DNA from: a virus
Lineage: Duplodnaviria > Caudoviricetes
Length of the DNA stretch: 64,000 bases
Virus record (IMG/VR): IMGVR_UViG_2908273394_000001
Coordinates: 1 to 64,000 of that record
Strand: one strand, 5' to 3'
Translations under genes and position numbers: made by a program
Shown: positions 1 to 10,700 of the stretch, in pieces
Numbering within the stretch: the stretch's first letter is position 1
Layout: each line of letters opens with the position of its first letter
Notes under the pieces: model-generated
What the model saw: only the letters and a program-made list of their open reading frames with translations
Told to the model about the DNA's origin: nothing
The model's database searches: none

Positions 1-225
1 CCGGACTGGCCATGGAGTCTCTGAGCGCACCATGCGCGGTGGGTGAAGGAGCGGCGCCTGGCCGTCGAAAGGTTCGACGGCATCGTCCACGTCAGCTACT
101 CGGACCTCCTGGAAGCCCACCGCGACTGGGTCAACCGGTCCACGTCCCCTGAACGTTCGTCACCTCTCGGCCAGTCAGCCCCGTTCCCGATCTGGGAGCG
201 GGGCTTTCGTGTGCCCGACTCCTCG

Positions 226-263
226 ATAACCCATTGCGCACGCAATGGGTTATGGCTTATGGT
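226..263 (+). promoter_or_regulatory. Palindromic operator overlapping a sigma70/HrdB-like promoter (copy 1)
   Basis: ATAACCCATTGCG-CA-CGCAATGGGTTAT perfect inverted repeat (226-253) containing TTGCGC; TATGGT lies 18 nt downstream. Confidence 0.7.
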
Positions 264-775
264 GGTGGAGCCGACAACGCACCAGCCCACACAGGGCCGG
301 TGAGACGTACGAGTCCAGGAGCCCCGCCATGAGCGTGATCAGCCCTGCCGCAGCACCGCACCGCTCGCCGACTACAACAAAGCTGGGCACCACCCACCAG
401 CAGCACTTCGACTCCTTCATGGAGCAGGCCGACAAAACCACCGACGCCACCGAGTACGGCTCCCTCATGGCCGCCGCCGCCCTCGCCGTCGCATCCCCCT
501 CCCGCCCGGCGGGGAGATCGCCAAGTGCGCCTGCGCCAAGTGCTACTGCGCCGCGATCTTCGACACCGCGCCCCCGGCCTCACCGTCGTCGAGACCAGCC
601 TCTACGGCCCCCCGCCTCCAGTGCGCGGACTGCACCGACGAGCACGCCTCACCCATCGAGGACTGACCCACCCCAGACACCGGCCCGGCCGCCAGGTCGA
701 CGCCCCCCATCCCTCGCGGCCGGGCCGGACCAAGCCAGACCCAGAGACCCCACGAGCACGCACCGGGAGACCCCC

Positions 776-1202
776 ATGTCCGAGACCGGCCTCATCCTCC
801 GCACCGCCCAGCAGATCGTGAACTACTTCGGCCTCACCGACGCCGACCACACGAACTTCGCCGACACCCAGGGCCGCCTCGACATCACCGGCGCGATCTA
901 CCGCGCCGTGACCGGCACCACCCCCAACGCCTTCCTCGCCGACGCCACCTTCGCGCTGGTCCTCATCAACACCAACGCGGCTGTGATGACCGCCGTGCGC
1001 TGGGTCTCCGCCGTCCTGCCCACCCTCCCCCGCACGACCCGGAGACCGGCATCGACGACCACATCGAGCACCTCTCCGCCTGGCTGTCCGACACCGACCC
1101 GGTCCTCGGGCGCCCCCAACACCTGCGACGTCATCGGCTCCTGGCGCCGCCATCGCCGCCGACACCGTCACCGACGTCCCGAGCCAGCGCACCGCCGCCT
1201 GA
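776..1202 (+). CDS. Hypothetical phage protein, apparently frameshifted
   Basis: RBS GGGAG then ATG (MSETGLILRTAQQIVNYFGL...); sensible protein sequence changes frame near 1030. Confidence 0.45.
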
Positions 1203-1238
1203 CCCGCCCCACGACCACGCGAACGGAGCCCCACCGTC

Positions 1239-1505
1239 ATGAGCCTCATGACCATCGCCCCCGCAATCACCGACGGCCAGGACCCCGCCTTCTTCGCCGG
1301 CCGCGCCGACGCCTACGACGAGCACACCGACGGCGCCACCATCGCCCAACTCCAGACACGCGCCGACTACATCACCGACCTCCACGACCCCCAGTACGCC
1401 GCCGGATACACCGCCCGCCTCCACGAGATCCGCCGCGAGACCGCCGCCCTCACCGCCGCCCAGACCGACACCGCCCACGAGCAGAACCCGGAGCGTGCCG
1501 CATGA
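1239..1505 (+). CDS. Hypothetical protein
   Basis: GGAG RBS, typical codon bias, stop overlaps next start. Confidence 0.6.
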   Translation: MSLMTIAPAITDGQDPAFFAGRADAYDEHTDGATIAQLQTRADYITDLHDPQYAAGYTARLHEIRRETAALTAAQTDTAHEQNPERAA

Positions 1506-1953
1506 CCACCCACCAGGAGCAGACGACCGCAGCCCTGACGGATTCGCAGCGCGCTGAGATCACACAGCTGATCGGTACCGCCAAGCCCGCGACAGTCACG
1601 CTACTGATCGCCTCGGCGAATCCGTCCGGGACCGCCTCGCGCACGACCACTCCACACAGCGCGAGGACTTGTACTGCATGAACCTCACCTCGTGGATGGG
1701 TGAGCGGATGGGGCCGGTGCTGCGGCGCCTGCTGGACGTCGAGGCCGAGGCGGCTCGCCTGCGTGCTCAGGTCGCCGAGATGAAGCGCCCCGGCGTCGAG
1801 TCGGAGCGCCAGGAGGTCCGTGAGTCGTACTACGCGCTGATCGGCCAGGCCCGCGAGGACCGCGACTACGAGGGCGCGTTCAACGTCGAGTGCGACCTGC
1901 GCGAGCGCGAGGAGCAGTGGGCGGCCGAGGACCGCGCCACCCCCGCGCCGTGA
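1502..1953 (+). CDS. Hypothetical protein (frameshift near 1615)
   Basis: MTTHQEQ... N-terminus joins ORF 1669-1953 in another frame. Confidence 0.45.
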
Positions 1954-2074
1954 CCTGGACCGCCGCCATCGCCACCGCACTCGGCCTCATCGCCGCCGCC
2001 ATGGTCGTGCTCTCCCAGCACGGCCTCGGCACCCGCCTCACCCCACCCCAGGACCCTCCGGACGGAGACCACCC

Positions 2075-2610
2075 GTGAGCACCAAGACCCGCGCCCGCCG
2101 CCGCACCACCAAGCAGACCACCGCGCACAACGCCGACCAGGCCCGCCTCACCCTCGTCGACCTCCGGCACCCCCTGCCCGTACGCCGCATCGTCGGCCCC
2201 CGACCGGCCCCCAGCTCGCCGAAGCCCGCGCCGCCCTCGCCTCCGCCATGGCCCGCCTCCCCATACCGGTCCTCGCATGGCACGCCACCGGCCCCACCGC
2301 CTACGCCCGCCTCGCCGACACCACGATCCTCGTCCACGCCGGCGGCCACCGCTCCGAGTTCACCGCCTGGACTCCGTGCCCCAACGGCGCGCACCACGCC
2401 GCCACCGTCACCAGCGCGGCCACCCTGCACACCGCCCGCCTGGCCGCCACCGACTGCACCAGCACCCACGGCACGCCCACCACCCCCGCCGTACGGACCC
2501 TCGCCGACGCCCTCACCCACTCCGACACGTCCACAGCCGAAACCCAGGCCCTCAACGTCACCGACCTCCGCGCCGAACACGACGAGCCGAAGGAGCACCC
2601 CCAGTCATGA
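2075..2610 (+). CDS. Hypothetical protein (frameshifted)
   Basis: GTG start after GGAG; continues as ORF 2248-2610. Confidence 0.45.
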
Positions 2611-2903
2611 CCACCCTCATGGTCGAGATCGACGACAAGACCGTGCCACTGAACTCCTGTGGCTGGCTCCAGCGCGAGAAGTGCGGGTGCATCGTCGCCG
2701 CCCTCGTGGCTGTGCCTACACGCGGCATCGTCTACGCCACCGCTCAGCAGGCCCACCAGCACCTCAGCAAGACGAAGCGCGAGCGCGACGAGGACGACCG
2801 CGCCGGCCGCTACATGGAGCTCATCACCATGGCGCACTACCGCGAGAACATCCGCGCGAACTGGGAGTGCTCCAAGCACCAGCCGGGGGCTAGCGGTGAC
2901 TGA
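2607..2903 (+). CDS. Hypothetical Cys-containing protein
   Basis: AAGGAG RBS; ATGA overlap; MTTLMVEIDDKTVPLNSCGW... Confidence 0.6.
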   Translation: MTTLMVEIDDKTVPLNSCGWLQREKCGCIVAALVAVPTRGIVYATAQQAHQHLSKTKRERDEDDRAGRYMELITMAHYRENIRANWECSKHQPGASGD

Positions 2904-3219
2904 CCACGACTACATCGCCCAGCTCGTCGCCGAGCTCGAGCGGGCCACCGTCTTCCGCGTCCCCTGCCCCGGAACCCCCTACGGCCACTTCGCCGATCTT
3001 CTCGTCGAGAAGCGCGATGACCACCACGGCGACGGCTGGGCCATCCTCCGCGACGACAACGTCTGGACCGGAACCCGCTGGGTACACCGCACCGCCCTCG
3101 CCCGCTCCGACATCTACCGCTACCCCGACCACCGTGCCGCCCTCGCCGAGGCGGAACGGATCATCCCCGAGCAGACCGTCACCCTGACCGCCCTTTTCGC
3201 CGAGCGCCGTCATGGCTGA
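2896..3219 (+). CDS. Hypothetical protein
   Basis: GTG start overlapping upstream gene; typical codon bias. Confidence 0.55.
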   Translation: MTDHDYIAQLVAELERATVFRVPCPGTPYGHFADLLVEKRDDHHGDGWAILRDDNVWTGTRWVHRTALARSDIYRYPDHRAALAEAERIIPEQTVTLTALFAERRHG

Positions 3220-3388
3220 CCTCGCCGGCGCACTCCGGACCTCCGAAGACGAAGTCCAGCACCTGCGCGCCCTCCTCGCCCAAGTCGCCGCCTGGATCAA
3301 CAACCCCACCTACGACGGAACCGCCCGAACAGCCCTTGCCCTCGATCTCGGCCTCCCCACACCACGACCCGCCCGGAAAGGACCACCC

Positions 3389-4278
3389 ATGGCTGACACC
3401 ACCATCGAATGGACAGAGCAGACGTGGAACCCCACGACCGGCTGTGACCGCATCAGCCCCGGGTGCGACAACTGCTACGCCCTCACGATGGCCAAGCGCC
3501 TCAAGGGCATGGGGTCCGCGAAATACCAGACCGATGGCGACCCCCGCACCTCCGGCCCCGGCTTCGGCCTGTCCGTCCACCCCGACGTCCTCACCGAGCC
3601 CTTGCGCTGGAAGAAGTCCCGCAAGGTCTTCGTGAACAGCATGAGCGACCTGTTCCACGCCCGCGTGCCCCGCGAGTTCCTGGCGCGCGTATTCGCCGTC
3701 ATGGCCGCCACCCCGCAGCACACCTACCAGATCCTGACGAAGCGTCCCGAGCGGGCGGCCCGCATCCTCACCGACCTGTGCGCCTGCGGCACCGGCCACC
3801 CGCCCGGCGAACACTTCCGATCCGCGATGGAGTGGGCAGCCACCTCGCACAGCCCCACCTACGTTCCCGGCCTTGAACACGGCATCTACCACCGCAGCGG
3901 ATGGCCCCTGCCGAACGTGTGGATCGGGACGAGCGTCGAATCCGACGGCTACACCCGCAGGCTGGATGCCCTGCGGAAGACGCCAGCCGCGATCCGGTTC
4001 GTGTCTGCTGAACCGCTTCTCGGGCCGCTGCCGTCCGCGGACTTCACCGACATCGACTGGGTCATCATCGGCGGCGAATCCGGCGCCGGCGCCCGCCCTT
4101 CCACCCCCAGTGGGCGGCTGACCTCGTCACCCAGGTGCGGGAAGCCGGCGCAGCCCCCTTCGTGAAGCAGCTCGGCTCCGTCTGGGCCCGCACCAACAAA
4201 GCCTCCGACACCAAGGGCGGCAACCCGGACGACTGGCCCGCCGCCCTGCGCGTCCGCGAGTACCCCGGAGCAGCGTGA
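3389..4278 (+). CDS. Phage Gp37/Gp68 (DUF5131) family radical-SAM-like protein; frameshift near 4100
   Basis: TIEWTEQTWNPTTGCDRISPGCDNCYA, FVNSMSDLFH, QILTKRPER, WVIIGGESG; C-terminus FVKQLG...VREYP in a shifted frame. Confidence 0.88.
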
Positions 4279-4535
4279 TGGCACGCCACGCCAAGCGGCC
4301 CTACGTCAAGCACGCCGCCCGCGCTGCAGAGATGCGCGACCAACCCGGCACGTGGATCGAGGTCGGCATCTACCGCTCACGCCCCGTCAGCATGGCGCGC
4401 GAAATCCGAACCGCCGAACGCCTGGTCAGCTACCAGCCTCCTGGCGCCTACGAGACGCGCATCGACCTCGTCGACACCGGCTACGCCCTGTACGCCCGCT
4501 ACACCCTCCAGGCCCGCACCCCCTCCAGGAGCTGA
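4278..4535 (+). CDS. Hypothetical protein
   Basis: Translationally coupled short ORF. Confidence 0.5.
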   Translation: MARHAKRPYVKHAARAAEMRDQPGTWIEVGIYRSRPVSMAREIRTAERLVSYQPPGAYETRIDLVDTGYALYARYTLQARTPSRS

Positions 4536-4539
4536 CACC

Positions 4540-5054
4540 GTGACCGCCCCCACCCTCGTCGACCACACCAGCGCCTACGCCTGGAACCCCACACCCGCCC
4601 TCGTCGTCGCCGTCCACGGCCTCGCCGGCCCCCAGGGCAGCAAGACCGCCGTCGGCTACGGGCGCAGCCGCAAGACCGGACGCAACATCCCCCTCATGCG
4701 GGAGTCCTCCGCCAAGGTCAAGCCCTGGCGCGAGAAGGTCCAAGCCGCCATTGAGCAGGCCATCGCCCGCGGCGAAGCGCGCCCCATCACCGGTCCCGTC
4801 TACGCCCACATCACTTTCACCCTGCCTAAGCCCGTCAACGCCCCCAAGCGCCGCCGTACCTACCCCGCGGTGACCCCCGACGTCGACAAGCTCGAGCGCT
4901 CCACGTACGACGCCATCACGAAGGCCAAGGCGTGGGAGGACGACGGCCGCGTGATCGAGAACCACAACCGCAAGGTCTACCCGGCGAACACCCCGACGCC
5001 CTCGCCGTACCCGGCGCCGTGATCCGCCTCTACGCCCTCGGAGGGACCGAATGA
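4540..5054 (+). CDS. rusA: RusA-family Holliday junction resolvase (frameshift near 4982)
   Basis: GPQGSK, KPWR, PDVDKLERSTYDAIT...WEDDGRV motifs. Confidence 0.85.
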
Positions 5055-5521
5055 CCACCGAAACCCGCCGCCCCATAACTCTCGCCGTCACCGGCCGCTG
5101 GGAGGACTTCGCGGCCTGCCGGACCGTCGACCCCGACCTGTTCTTCCCGGACACCCCCCGCAGCGGAGCAAAGGACAGGACATCCGAAGCGAAGCGCGTC
5201 TGCTTCGCCTGCCCGGTACGCCGCCAGTGCTTGGAGTGGGCGTTGGAGACGGAGCAGAACGACGGCGTCCTTGGCGGTCTCACCCACAAGGAACGCAGGG
5301 CGCTGAAGCGGAAGGCATCGAGGGGGCAGATGCCGGTGCGCCGTTCAGTGGCGTGGGAGTGCCTCGAGAAGAACGCCGACCAGATCACGGCATGGAAGGC
5401 CGAGGGGATGACCGGCGTGGAGATCGCTCGGCGCCTGGGTGTCGGGACGGACGCGGTGTACCGGTGGCTGCGAACGGCGGCCGCCGAGCAGGGCATCGCG
5501 GAGCTGGAGGTGGCGGCATGA
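5051..5521 (+). CDS. WhiB-family Fe-S transcription factor with C-terminal HTH
   Basis: AAC...DPDLFF...AKRVCFACPVRRQCLEWAL...GVLGGLT; C-terminal EIARRLGVG. Confidence 0.9.
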   Translation: MTTETRRPITLAVTGRWEDFAACRTVDPDLFFPDTPRSGAKDRTSEAKRVCFACPVRRQCLEWALETEQNDGVLGGLTHKERRALKRKASRGQMPVRRSVAWECLEKNADQITAWKAEGMTGVEIARRLGVGTDAVYRWLRTAAAEQGIAELEVAA

Positions 5522-6441
5522 CCAGGCAGCTTCCCCCTCACGGCCACGCGAACAGGTACGCCTACGGTTGCCGCTGCCCGCAGTGCACGAAGGCGGCGAC
5601 CCGGGCGGATGCCCAGCGGAAGCTGGAGAAGATGGCGGGCCGGCCACGCTCGGTACCTGCCGGTCCGGTCACGGAACATGTCCGGCACCTTGTGGCCCGA
5701 GGTCTCACCCCGACGCAGATTGCCCGCGAGGCGGGCCTCGAGGCGTCCACGATCCGACGCTATGCCGAGGGGCAGGTGCGAGTCCGCCGGGTCAACGCTG
5801 AGAAGGTCCTCGGAGTGCCTTTGGACGTTCGGGTGTCACTCGGTGACGTGCCCGCGTTCGGTGCGACCAGGCGGGTTCGTGCGCTCTACGCACTGGGGCA
5901 TCTGAACTGGGAGATCGCTCAGACGGCCGGAATCTCGCGTGATGCCGTGTGCGCCTTGGCCGCAGGGGCGTGGTCGACGCTCAAGGTTGGCGCAGATGAC
6001 GGGATCCGAGCGGCATACGACCAGTTGTCGATGCGCACAGGGACGTCGTGGAAGACCCGCCGCCTGGCAGAGCGGAACGGTTGGGCACCGCCGCTGGCGT
6101 GGGACGACGACATGATCGATGACCCGCGCGCGGTACCGCAGATCGACGCTCCGGCGCCGACCCCGGCGGACGGCCCGGACGCTGTCCCGCGGTTCCTGAT
6201 GGGCGAGTCCGTCGTCCTGGACACCGCTGGTCGCCGTGAAGCGATCGCGCACCTCATGGAGTGGACGTCGAAGACCCCAGAGGAGATCGGGGAACAGCTC
6301 GACATGTCGGCTGCCGCCGTCAGTCGTGCGTGGGAGCGCATCAAGGAGAAGGCCCGTCAGGAGGGCCGGCGCGCGCCGTGGAGGCGCGTGTTCGTACCGC
6401 AGCGGGAGCTGCGGCGAGACGAGATGGGAAGTGCGGCCTGA
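5518..6441 (+). CDS. Multi-HTH phage DNA-binding protein with N-terminal Zn motif
   Basis: HG...YGCRCPQC; repeated HTH-like segments; WAPPLAWDD. Confidence 0.7.
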   Translation: MTRQLPPHGHANRYAYGCRCPQCTKAATRADAQRKLEKMAGRPRSVPAGPVTEHVRHLVARGLTPTQIAREAGLEASTIRRYAEGQVRVRRVNAEKVLGVPLDVRVSLGDVPAFGATRRVRALYALGHLNWEIAQTAGISRDAVCALAAGAWSTLKVGADDGIRAAYDQLSMRTGTSWKTRRLAERNGWAPPLAWDDDMIDDPRAVPQIDAPAPTPADGPDAVPRFLMGESVVLDTAGRREAIAHLMEWTSKTPEEIGEQLDMSAAAVSRAWERIKEKARQEGRRAPWRRVFVPQRELRRDEMGSAA

Positions 6442-6968
6442 TGGCTGGCGAGACTGTGATCACTGTGGTCGGGAACCTGGTGGACGATCCCGAGCTGAGG
6501 TTCACGCCGGGTGGGGCGGCGGTGGCGAAGTTCCGTATCGCCTCCACCCCGAGGACGTTCGACAAGCAGAGCAACGAATGGCGCGACGGCGAGAGCCTGT
6601 TCCTGACGTGTTCGGTGTGGCGGCAGGCCGCAGAGAACGTGGCGGAGTCCCTGCAGCGTGGGATGCGGGTGATCGTGCAGGGCCAGCTGAAGCAGCGGTC
6701 CTACGAAGACCGCGAGGGTGTGAAACGTACGGTGTACGAGCTCGACGTCCTCGAGCTGGGTCCGTCGCTGAAGTCGGCGACCGCTCAGGTGACGAAGAAC
6801 CCGGCTGGCGGTGGTGGTCGTGGGGCGTACGAGGCGGCGCGTAGGGAGCAGGGGGCGGCGTCGGTGGAGGATCCGTGGTCGTCGTCGACTCCGGGTGCTC
6901 ACGGGGGCGGGCAGGGTGTTGGTGGCGGGTCGTGGGGTGGGGGAGGGGAGGCCGAACCTCCTTTCTGA
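6441..6968 (+). CDS. ssb: Single-stranded DNA-binding protein
   Basis: [25 protein letters not shown]... and acidic tail EPPF. Confidence 0.96.
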   Translation: MAGETVITVVGNLVDDPELRFTPGGAAVAKFRIASTPRTFDKQSNEWRDGESLFLTCSVWRQAAENVAESLQRGMRVIVQGQLKQRSYEDREGVKRTVYELDVLELGPSLKSATAQVTKNPAGGGGRGAYEAARREQGAASVEDPWSSSTPGAHGGGQGVGGGSWGGGGEAEPPF

Positions 6969-6984
6969 GGGGTGGTGTTGGGCG

Positions 6985-7018
6985 AGGGGTCCGGTCCCGG
7001 GTGGGGTCGGGCCCCTTC
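6985..7018. terminator. GC-rich stem-loop after ssb
   Basis: GAGGGGTCCGGTCCC-GGGT-GGGGTCGGGCCCCTT imperfect inverted repeat. Confidence 0.5.
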
Positions 7019-7042
7019 GTTGTGGTCGTGCATCCCACCTTG

Positions 7043-7080
7043 CATAATCCATTGCGCACGCAATGGATTATGGGTAGTCT
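7043..7080 (+). promoter_or_regulatory. Palindromic operator/promoter (copy 2)
   Basis: CATAATCCATTGCG-CA-CGCAATGGATTATG; TTGCGC-N17-TAGTCT. Confidence 0.75.
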
Positions 7081-7138
7081 GGTGGAGCCGACAACGACCC
7101 ACCCGGGCTAAAGCCCAGGGACGGAAGGGGAAAACACC

Positions 7139-7324
7139 ATGGCCACCGTCACCCTCATCGACCCGAACGGCTACACCGTCTGCACCCTCAGCGACATCCC
7201 GGAGGACGACGTCCACATTGAGGCCGCCCGCCGGATCCTCCGGCGCGACGCCGCGACCGACGCCATGAAGTGGGCCGACTTCCCGGAGTACCGCGTCACC
7301 AACTACTCCATCCGCGTCAGCTAG
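7139..7324 (+). CDS. Small hypothetical protein
   Basis: AAGGGG RBS; first gene after operator copy 2. Confidence 0.65.
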   Translation: MATVTLIDPNGYTVCTLSDIPEDDVHIEAARRILRRDAATDAMKWADFPEYRVTNYSIRVS

Positions 7325-7334
7325 CCCCCCAGAC

Positions 7335-7513
7335 CGGCTCCCCACCCCCCAGGGGAGCCGCCCGCCCTCCCCAACCCCCACCGGGGAGGGCACCGGGCAG
7401 GCACCCGGACACGGCCCGCACGACCCCACTTCCGTGCGCCCCCTGTCCGCCGAGTGCCGCCCACACCCGGCCGCGCGCCCCGAACCCCCCCCTTCCCGGG
7501 GCGCGCGGCCTTT
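7335..7513 (+). ncRNA. Candidate 6C-like RNA: three hairpins with C-rich loops
   Basis: Perfect stems 7335-7360, 7364-7391 and 7469-7510 with loops ACCCCCCA, AACCCCCACC, AACCCCCCCCTTCC; last stem followed by TTT. Confidence 0.45.
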
Positions 7514-7550
7514 GGCCTTTCTGACGACCCCGACGAAGGAGAACCCGCCC

Positions 7551-8060
7551 GTGAAGCTCTACGGCCCGCTCGCCCTCACCGGCTACATCGCAACCATCCC
7601 TGCCGCCAACGTCCTGGTAGCCCACTACGGGGCAGTCCCCATCGGCTTCGGTCTCGCCGCCCCTGCTGGCGTATTCATGGTGGGTCTCGCCCTCGTGCTC
7701 CGGGACCTGGTGCACGAGTACGGCGGCCGGTGGCTGGTCGTCGGTGCCATAGCGGCCGGTACCGGTCTGTCGTACCTCCTTGCGGACCCGACGCTGGCCA
7801 CGGCCTCAGCAGTTGCGTTCGCCGTAGCGGAGCTGGCCGACATGTACGTCTACACGCAGCTCCGACAGCAGGGAATGCTCAGCGCAGTCGTCGCCTCGAA
7901 CGCGATCGGTCTGGTCATCGACTCGGTCCTGTTCCTGCACCTGGCATTCGGAAGCCTGGAGTACCTGCCCGGACAGATCGTGGCCAAGGCGGAGATGACG
8001 ATGGTTGCTGTCGCCCTGCTGTGGGCGATAGGCCGTGGTCGCCGGCCGGTGATGTCGTGA
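7551..8060 (+). CDS. VUT/YhhQ-family queuosine-precursor transporter
   Basis: Hydrophobic; AANVLV, APAGV...GLALVLRDLVHE, AELAD, SNAIGLVIDSVLFL, GQIVAK. Confidence 0.82.
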   Translation: MKLYGPLALTGYIATIPAANVLVAHYGAVPIGFGLAAPAGVFMVGLALVLRDLVHEYGGRWLVVGAIAAGTGLSYLLADPTLATASAVAFAVAELADMYVYTQLRQQGMLSAVVASNAIGLVIDSVLFLHLAFGSLEYLPGQIVAKAEMTMVAVALLWAIGRGRRPVMS

Positions 8061-8944
8061 GGGCCCGGCTACTGCTGGGGACACCCGAAGCGCACTGGCT
8101 TCAGGATCCTGACCCCCGCCTGGACGACGTGGTCCTCTTCATTGCGCTGCAGCGCTTCCTCCGGCGCATCAGCCCATGGCCGCCCGCCCTTCACGACTTC
8201 TGTGTCGACTCCGGCGGCTTCACTGAACTGCAGAAACACGGTCGGTGGAGGATCACCGCAGCCCAATACGTGGCCCTGATCCGCCGCATTCGCACCCAGC
8301 TCGGCCCGGATCGAATGCTGTGGGCAGCTCCGCAGGACTACATGTGCGAGGAAGCCGTCATCCGTGGCGGATGGTTCAAGGGCCAGCACTTCGTCGGCAC
8401 ACGCGAGCTGCGCGGTCTGAAGCCCGGAGATCCGGAGCAGGACCTGACCACCGCGGTGCGTATCCACCAGCGCCTGACAGTCGCCAACGCCCTCGAACTG
8501 CGCCGCCTGGCACCGGACATTCCATTCATCCTCGTCCTGCAAGGCAACAGGTTCGAGGACTACAAGCACTGCGCACGTCTCTACACAGAGGCCGGCATCG
8601 ACCTAGCGGCCGAGCCTGTGATCGGCCTCGGGTCCGTCTGCCGGCGCGAGAACACTGAAGAGATCGCCGAGATAGTCGACTACTTCCACGGCCAAGGCAT
8701 CAAACTGCACGGCTTTGGCGTCAAGACCGGCGGCCTCGGTATCTACGGCGACCAGCTCGTATCGGCCGACTCTCAAGCGTGGTCCTACGGATACCGCAAA
8801 CGCAAGATCCGTCTGCCGCAGTGCACGCACCAAGCGAAGACCTGCGCGAACTGCAAGGAAGGCGCTCTGGCCTGGTACCGCCGGATCTGCGACACGCCGC
8901 CCTCTTGGCGGCAGATGACGTTCGACGTGCCGACAGCGGCGTGA
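8057..8944 (+). CDS. TGT/DpdA-like transglycosylase
   Basis: DSGGF, PQDYMCE, VLQG, GLGSVCRR, LHGFGVK, SADSQAWS; C-terminal Cys/His cluster; start overlaps transporter stop. Confidence 0.78.
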   Translation: MRARLLLGTPEAHWLQDPDPRLDDVVLFIALQRFLRRISPWPPALHDFCVDSGGFTELQKHGRWRITAAQYVALIRRIRTQLGPDRMLWAAPQDYMCEEAVIRGGWFKGQHFVGTRELRGLKPGDPEQDLTTAVRIHQRLTVANALELRRLAPDIPFILVLQGNRFEDYKHCARLYTEAGIDLAAEPVIGLGSVCRRENTEEIAEIVDYFHGQGIKLHGFGVKTGGLGIYGDQLVSADSQAWSYGYRKRKIRLPQCTHQAKTCANCKEGALAWYRRICDTPPSWRQMTFDVPTAA

Positions 8945-8955
8945 CCTCATCCTCC

Positions 8956-9374
8956 CCGGTTCCACCCCACCCGCGCGAAAGGACAACCCCATGGCCTACC
9001 AGCCCGCCACCCAGCCCCACACCGTCGACACCTCGGCAGGCCCCATCACCGTGGACGCGCTCGTACCCGTTCCCGGCCTGCACGTCTTCCAGCTGCCCGC
9101 CGAGGTCAGCACTGACTCGCCGTACCGGTGGATCCTCGCCCTCCACGACGGCCCCGCCCTGGCCTCATTCAAGGCGGAGGCGGAGGCCAGCGGCGCAGCC
9201 GAGCAGGCGGCTCCTCTCGTCGACTGGACGCGCAACTCCATGACCGTGGCCAACCTGCTCGGGCCCGCCGGGATGGACGACCTCATGCAGCTGCTCCGCG
9301 CTGCCGGCGGCCAGCACCCCAACGCCTGACCGCCTGATCCGGTTCCACCCGACCCGCGCGAAAGGACAACCCCA
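8956..9374 (+). repeat. 36-bp direct repeat forming the leaders of two consecutive genes
   Basis: CCGGTTCCACCC(C/G)ACCCGCGCGAAAGGACAACCCCA at 8956-8991 and 9339-9374. Confidence 0.85.
8991..9329 (+). CDS. Hypothetical protein
   Basis: AAAGGA RBS, clean ORF. Confidence 0.7.
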   Translation: MAYQPATQPHTVDTSAGPITVDALVPVPGLHVFQLPAEVSTDSPYRWILALHDGPALASFKAEAEASGAAEQAAPLVDWTRNSMTVANLLGPAGMDDLMQLLRAAGGQHPNA

Positions 9375-9376
9375 CC

Positions 9377-9856
9377 GTGACCGACACCCACGAGCCCGGC
9401 GCCTTCTACTGGAACGCCGACAGCACCTACTGCAAGCACGGCGCCGAGCCCGACAGCGAGACCGACGGCGCGGCCTGGGATGCCTGGTGCGATGTGCACC
9501 CCGTCAGCGACGACGGCCGCATCTGCCTCGAAGCCCCTGCCGGTAACGCCTGCCTGGCCTGCTCGGCCGAGCACGGCGACATGGTGCCCTGGAGTCGCTG
9601 CGAGGGCCGCGACCACATCCGGCCGCAGCACGGCATTGTTCCCACCCCCGGTGTCGAGCACCAGCGGGTGCCCGTCTGGGTCGGCTCGGTCGACTGCTTC
9701 GAGCGCGACTGTGACGACTACTTCACCGAAGACGGCGACGAGATCCCGGGTCGGGAGCGCTGCTCTCACATCCGCGAGGAGTTCGCGTGCTCTTGCCAGC
9801 GGCAGCCGGACGGTGAGTACGGCAACGACCCGTGCTCGGTCGCAGTGGCCGCCTGA
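9377..9856 (+). CDS. Cys-rich acidic hypothetical protein
   Basis: AAAGGA RBS; many Cys/His residues. Confidence 0.65.
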   Translation: MTDTHEPGAFYWNADSTYCKHGAEPDSETDGAAWDAWCDVHPVSDDGRICLEAPAGNACLACSAEHGDMVPWSRCEGRDHIRPQHGIVPTPGVEHQRVPVWVGSVDCFERDCDDYFTEDGDEIPGRERCSHIREEFACSCQRQPDGEYGNDPCSVAVAA

Positions 9857-9941
9857 CCCGCCTCGTGACGCACGACGGCCGCCCCGCATCGGTAGTGCGG
9901 GGCGGCCATCCCCTCCACCGTACCGACCCCCAGGAGAAGAC

Positions 9942-10700
9942 GTGACCGACCAGACGCCCGTCGAACTCGTCGCCCTCGCCGCCGACATGCTGCTGTGCAG
10001 CCAGCCCAGCCCACGCGACCGCGCGCTCGCCGAGCTGCTCAACTACGCCGCGAACACCTGGGAGCAGCAGCACGGGTTCCTTCGGGACCACCTAATCGCC
10101 GTCGCCCGCCACACCCGGGACGCCGCCCGCCAAGCCGCCGGACAGACCGCCGCCGAGCAGCCCGACCCGACGACCGCCGACGATCCCGTCCCGCTCCGCT
10201 GGGGCCTCAACGACGTCCTCTACGGCGACGACGACACCACCACAATCTGCCTATCCGGACCCGACCGTGAGCCGTACTGGCTGGAGCTGGACCCCGACCA
10301 GGCCGCCGTACTGCGCGACGACCTCGCCGGACAGACCGCCGCTGCCGACGACACGGCGCAGTGCTGGCGCAGCGAGCCCCACGCCCCACACACATGGACA
10401 CTCAGCCCCGAGGAAGGCGGCGTTGACTGCCCCGGACGGCCCGCCGTCGAGCAGCCGGCCGAAGCACAACCCGCCGAGGCGAGCAGCAGCGAGATCACGC
10501 AGAGCACCCGGTGGGTCATCGAGGCGCAGAACCCCAGCGGGCGCTGGTTCGAGCTCAGCCACGGCTTCCAGAACGCCGACGAGGCGCACGCCTGGAAGTC
10601 GACCGAGCTGAGCCAGTGCGTCATGCCCCTTCGCGTCGTTCGGGTCGACGCCAGCGAGACCCGCACCGTCGAGCACACGCCCATCGAGGGCCCGCGGTGA
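9942..10700 (+). CDS. Hypothetical mosaic phage protein
   Basis: AGGAG RBS, GTG start; LRWGLNDVLYGDDDT segment. Confidence 0.6.
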   Translation: MTDQTPVELVALAADMLLCSQPSPRDRALAELLNYAANTWEQQHGFLRDHLIAVARHTRDAARQAAGQTAAEQPDPTTADDPVPLRWGLNDVLYGDDDTTTICLSGPDREPYWLELDPDQAAVLRDDLAGQTAAADDTAQCWRSEPHAPHTWTLSPEEGGVDCPGRPAVEQPAEAQPAEASSSEITQSTRWVIEAQNPSGRWFELSHGFQNADEAHAWKSTELSQCVMPLRVVRVDASETRTVEHTPIEGPR

